A stretch of DNA of 63,432 nt, counting the filler, from Octopus bimaculoides (lineage: Eukaryota): assembly GCF_001194135.2 (NCBI RefSeq). It is 6 parts of 5 records of this genome, joined end to end, with 100 filler letters (N's around TTAATTAATTAA, not from the genome) between each part and the next. Parts side by side here need not be neighbours in the genome. Positions count along the whole stretch, not along the records: positions 58,483 to 61,646 come from NC_068994.1; positions 61,747 to 63,432 come from NW_026376577.1; 4 more parts are not named here. The stretch is one strand, 5' to 3'. The notes under the pieces are model-generated. The model was not told the DNA's origin, ran no database searches, and saw only the letters and a list, made by a program, of their open reading frames with translations. The translations under genes and the position numbers were made by a program. Below, one piece after another: positions 58,383-63,432 of the stretch; positions within the stretch are counted from its first letter, which is position 1, and each line of letters opens with the position of its first letter.

Positions 58383-59266
58383 NNNNNNNNNNNNNNNNNN
58401 NNNNNNNNNNNNNNNNNNNNNNNNNNTTAATTAATTAANNNNNNNNNNNNNNNNNNNNNNNNNNNNNNNNNNNNNNNNNNNNATATATATATCAAAAAAA
58501 TAAAAAAATTATAAAAAATTTTTTTTAAATAAAAAAAATATATATATATACACACACATATATATATATATCACTTATGCACTTTTTAATATGTATACAT
58601 GGTTTCTATGATGGCAATTATCTGCATAGTTTTGACAATATTATCTTCATTGATTCAGCAGAGTTGTTAAAGCATTGGATAATTTGCATTGCAATATTTG
58701 CATTCTGGATGAATGGATGGATGGATAGATGGATAGACAGAGGGGCAGATGGATGGATTGAAGAATGTTTGATGCTGAAATTTTTGTTTGAGCCTTTTAT
58801 TGAAGGCAAAATGATAAGCTTCACCCAAAATATCAGACTTCTCCTTTTATTGATAACAAATACCTTTATTGTATGTTATGCACTTTCTGTAATTAGTATT
58901 TGTCAATGCAGACCATGACTGCTTTTCAAAGTTTCTGCTTTGTTTCACTTTGTTTGATTGGCTTCATGATTTTTTGTCTAATAGATTTTAGTAGCATGGG
59001 TGGTTGGTTAGCAAGACTGGGGTTCTTGGTAGCAATGCATACAAGTTGTGTAGAAAGGGCTAAATCAAGGTGATACTGCAATAATGACTCCCAAAAGGAA
59101 TTAATTGACAATAGATTAGTGTTGCTGTGATGATAAGGAAAGGTTACCATAACAATTTGAGTTTGGATTAAAGGTGGATTAAAAGAATGCAATCAATGGA
59201 AAGGATTTAAGGATTTACTGATTCAAATTGTTGGAGATAGGGGGAGGGGGAGGGAGGTAGAGGAGA

Positions 59267-59351
<85 letters not shown>

Positions 59352-59939
59352 AGCAGAAGTTGATTTCTCTGACTGGCAATTTTTGTCTAATTAGGTGTAA
59401 TTTGCAGACAGCAAAACTGGCAGATTGACATCTAGGCCACTAGATGAAGTTATTTTTATCAGTTTCATTAATGTATTTCAATTTTTTTGGTTTAAAACTG
59501 GATGAGCTTATTTCAATTCTCCATAGCATTAAATAAATGGGACACATCACTTTTACCTAAATATAGTGCACCCAGATTGTTGCCTATTTTTATTCCTTCC
59601 TCTTCTCCAAAATAGACTTGAAAATAAAACTGTGAGTCTTCATTATTATACATAGAATAGAAAAAGGGAAAAATATATCAATGATACTTAACACTCCTTT
59701 CTGTACTGAATGACTAATTAAATTGAAACCTAGTTTTTGCAATCTAATGAAACCCAAATGCTTTATCATAGTAATTATGATGCACCTGAAAAGTAATTAA
59801 GGTATTTCTAATACAGTAGCAAATGTATCCGCTAGTATATTGTCAGTATATAGAATAACTCTAAATGCAATAAGTACCATTGTTTTGGTATAAGCTATAT
59901 TTGTGTACTATTATAATTTAAATTGTCCTTCCTTCTCAG

Positions 59940-60013
59940 ATTTAAGGAAATAAATACAATCATTCATTACCTCCACTTGTCTTTAGACTCAGAATCCAGT
60001 ATAAAAGGCAGTG
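59940..60013 (+). other. Candidate 74-nt internal exon
   Basis: Acceptor TTGTCCTTCCTTCTCAG|, donor GTG|GTAAGA, one frame open (FKEINTIIHYLHLSLDSESSIKGS). Confidence 0.3.
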
Positions 60014-60269
60014 GTAAGACTATTACTAATTATGCTGAATGTAAAGATATTCATACATATACAACAAAAAGTACTAATCTCTATTTTAAACTGGAGTATG
60101 CATATACTATTTACCTTATAGTATATACTTTTGCCATATTATTTTATTTTATTTAGTCCAAGAAGTGGAGATAGCACCCAAAACCTTTGCAGAACCTCTC
60201 AAACTGGTGATTTTAGTATTGTTAATGTTCAAATTAAACACCTGTCTGTTCAAATTTTGGTTTAAGACC

Positions 60270-60425
60270 AGTAAATTTGTGAGAGAGAGAGTAAGTCTTT
60301 TACATCAACCCCAAAAGGGTGAAAGGCAAAGTTGACCTTGATGGAATTTGAACTCAGAACATAAAGAGAGATGAAATATTGCTAAGCATTTTGCCCTGTA
60401 TTCTAATAATTAAGGCTCACAGCCT
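60270..60425 (-). mobile_element. SINE family A, degraded
   Basis: GGGTGAAAGGCAAAGTTGACCTTGATGGAATTTGAACTCAGAAC. Confidence 0.78.
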
Positions 60426-61394
60426 TAATTCACAGAGATAAAATTGTAAAGGAAGGATAAAACAAAACATTTATTGCAGAATTTGTGGGTAAGACACAGA
60501 GGTAGAAAGTGGGGAAAAGACCAGTGTATCTGATGGACTAAAGTAGAAGCTGTATGTAGTTTGCTAGTTCATGAAAGTAGAAGCCATTGCAGTGGTAGTA
60601 GTAGGAGAGACAGGAAGAGGACATAACACAGGCAAGAAGTTATAAATGTGTTGTTGTGAGAAGGTTTGTTAATCAATTACATAGGTTATTTTAAAATCCA
60701 GTCCTAAACTCAGAATATTTGTATGTACGATACTCTAATGTGAGACGCATTTATGTTTTGTAATGTATCAATAATGGTTTAAAGCTGAAACCTAATTTGT
60801 GAGGCTTGAAATTCAAAGATTGAACAAGCAAAGGACTAAGTTACTAATAAATTTTGTTACTATAAGTAATCTACTTTTCTTTCTGTAGCTTATGGTATTA
60901 TCAATATTTCTAAAACACAGTGGTTTGCATATTTCCTCAATTATACATTGCACCAAGGAACACTGATGATAATTTGAATATTTTTGTGACAACCCAAAAC
61001 ACTCACAGTAAAAATGCAGCCTGTCATAAAGCTGAGGCTCCAGAACAACCAAGAATCTTTACAAGAATCATCTGATACTTCAGTGAGACGGCTTGCTAAG
61101 AAAGTGAAAAACTTCCTTGTCAGTCGTCCAGGTTATTTTTTAAACTTTTCAAATTTCAAAAGTTAAGAAAAATTATTTACAACAAATTCTAGTATTTCAG
61201 TATCTTATTCCATTCAGCTAAGGATGCCATAACCCCCAACCTCTGGCACAAGATTAAAGATGTGCGATGAAGTAAAAGACTTGCTAACAGTGGTATATTC
61301 TGGTTAGTGAAACATGTAATGAATATATTATTATAACAAGATAAATTCAAATATAGTTATATAATATATAAAAGATGCTATATATTTAAATGAT

Positions 61395-61645
61395 ACTCTT
61401 TTACTCTTTTACTTGTTTCAGTCATTTGACTGCGGCCATGCTGGGGCACCGCCTTTAGTCGAGCAAATCGACCCCAGGACTTATTCTTTGTAAGCCTAGT
61501 ACTTATTCTATCGGTCTTTTTTTGCCGAACCGCTAAGTTACAGGGACGTAAACACACCAGCATCGGTTGTCAAGTGAAGTTGGGGGTGGGGGGACAAACA
61601 CAGACACACAAACATATACACACACATACATATATATATATATAT
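61395..61645 (-). mobile_element. SINE family B, 3' half
   Basis: TTACTTGTTTCAGTCATTTGACTGCGGCCATGCTGGGGCACCGCCTTTAGTCGAGCAAATCGACCCCAGGAC. Confidence 0.92.
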
Positions 61646-61746
61646 ANNNNNNNNNNNNNNNNNNNNNNNNNNNNNNNNNNNNNNNNNNNNTTAATTAATT
61701 AANNNNNNNNNNNNNNNNNNNNNNNNNNNNNNNNNNNNNNNNNNNN

Positions 61747-61778
<32 letters not shown>

Positions 61779-62513
61779 TGTATATGCATGTATGTATATA
61801 TTGTGTAGTCAAATATAATTAAACCAATCTGGAAGATTAATAGTTAAGACCCTACGTAGTGTAACGTATGATACCAGTATAATGTGAGAATGTATATGTA
61901 CACACAAATATATACATATATATATATACACATATGTATATATATATATACATATGCATATGTGTGTGTGTGTTTGTGTGTGTGTACGTGGATGTTTGTA
62001 TTCATATGTACATGCACACACACACATATAATCACAAATATATTCACTCTCTTTGCCACACAGACACTTACAATTCCATCGCTAGAATCGTGAACTTTTT
62101 CAACAATTCATTTAAATTTCTTTGACCAAAACTATTTACCGTAAAATATCTTGGAAGTGAAGGGAATGAAAGAACAATTAAGAGCAAAAAAACCAACATA
62201 AAAGAAAAAAAAAACAGGGTAAATAAGAGAAGGGAAAAAATGGTAAGGAAGAATTGAAGTAATATAATGAAATGTTCAAAACAATGAAATGATCGAACTA
62301 ACATACACGTATGTCTGTGTGTGTGTGTGTGTGTGTGTGCGCGCGAGCGTGTATGGACCAGTACAAACACACATATATAAACCCAAATATACATAAATAT
62401 ATCGACTTTCTATGCATGTATATATATATATTTCTCTCCCTCTATATTTGCGTGTACGTGTGTGTATGCGTATGTATACGTGTCTATGTGTTTCCATCTG
62501 TATTGAATATCCA

Positions 62514-62582
<69 letters not shown>

Positions 62583-62825
62583 CCCCTCTGTGTGCAGCCC
62601 TGTGTGGCTAATAAAAGAAAGTTATCTATCTATCCAATTGTCAATGCATTGTCTATGTATGCATAATTGTATGTTTGTACGTATATAGATATATTTATAT
62701 ATATAAGACAATCCATAGTTATACATATATGTATACATACATGTGTGTATATATGTATATACATATATATATATATATACGTATATACATACATATATAT
62801 GTACATATATTTATATATATATACA

Positions 62826-62866
<41 letters not shown>

Positions 62867-62948
62867 ATATATATATGTGTGTATTTGAGAGTGTGTATAT
62901 GTGCGTATGTGTTTGGATCAATCAATCCATCCATCCATCAATCCATCC

Positions 62949-63004
<56 letters not shown>

Positions 63005-63019
63005 ATCTATCTATCTATC

Positions 63020-63050
<31 letters not shown>

Positions 63051-63432
63051 CTATGTTGATGCTTATATAAATAAATAAATAAATAAATAAATAAATATAT
63101 ATATATAGTTATTTATATGTATGTACTTGTAACTGTGTGTGTATATATGTATATACAGTATAATCTCGATATATATATATATATATGCATATGTGTACAC
63201 AAACACAGAAGATACACTCATTCATATAATTATACACATATGTGCGTTTGTGCATTTTAAATATATATAAATGTATAGATGTATATATTTATGCATCCAC
63301 ATTCACAGAATTACACATTCACACATACACACACACACGTTCACGGGCGCACGTATACATATCTATACTCACGCACTTGCATACATACACAAATATACGT
63401 ACATTTGTGTGTGTGTGTGTGTGTATATATAT

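Noticed and set aside
61014-61166. 50-aa ORF MQPVIKLRLQNNQESLQESSDTSVRRLAKKVKNFL...
   Set aside because: Short, with weak splice context and no homology I can support.

Overview
Eukaryotic, AT-rich, gap-ridden genomic scaffold. The SINE families and microsatellite load suggest a cephalopod (Octopus-like) genome; this is inference, not a database match. Almost all ORF-track entries are microsatellite or N-gap artefacts. There is one convincing host coding exon: 57070-57917 (+), a 280-aa Ser/Asp-rich protein I do not recognise, with a candidate ETS/YY1 promoter region about 0.7-1 kb upstream. The rest is transposon debris: about 40 tRNA-derived SINEs in several families (labelled A-D and H here), at least 9 fragments of R4/Dong-clade retrotransposons (mostly abutting or stacked in (TAA)n arrays), two inverted maT (DD37D) transposase remnants, MITEs and a 5S rRNA retrocopy. 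The most interesting signals are (1) a tRNA-headed SINE whose 3' part is a Penelope-type minimal hammerhead ribozyme, plus two further hammerhead-like motifs, (2) a pre-miRNA-like hairpin in unique sequence, and (3) multi-subfamily stacks of TAA-targeting retrotransposons, sometimes built on SINE tails. The five N44-TTAATTAATTAA-N44 blocks are assembly linkers. No CRISPR or prokaryotic features are present.
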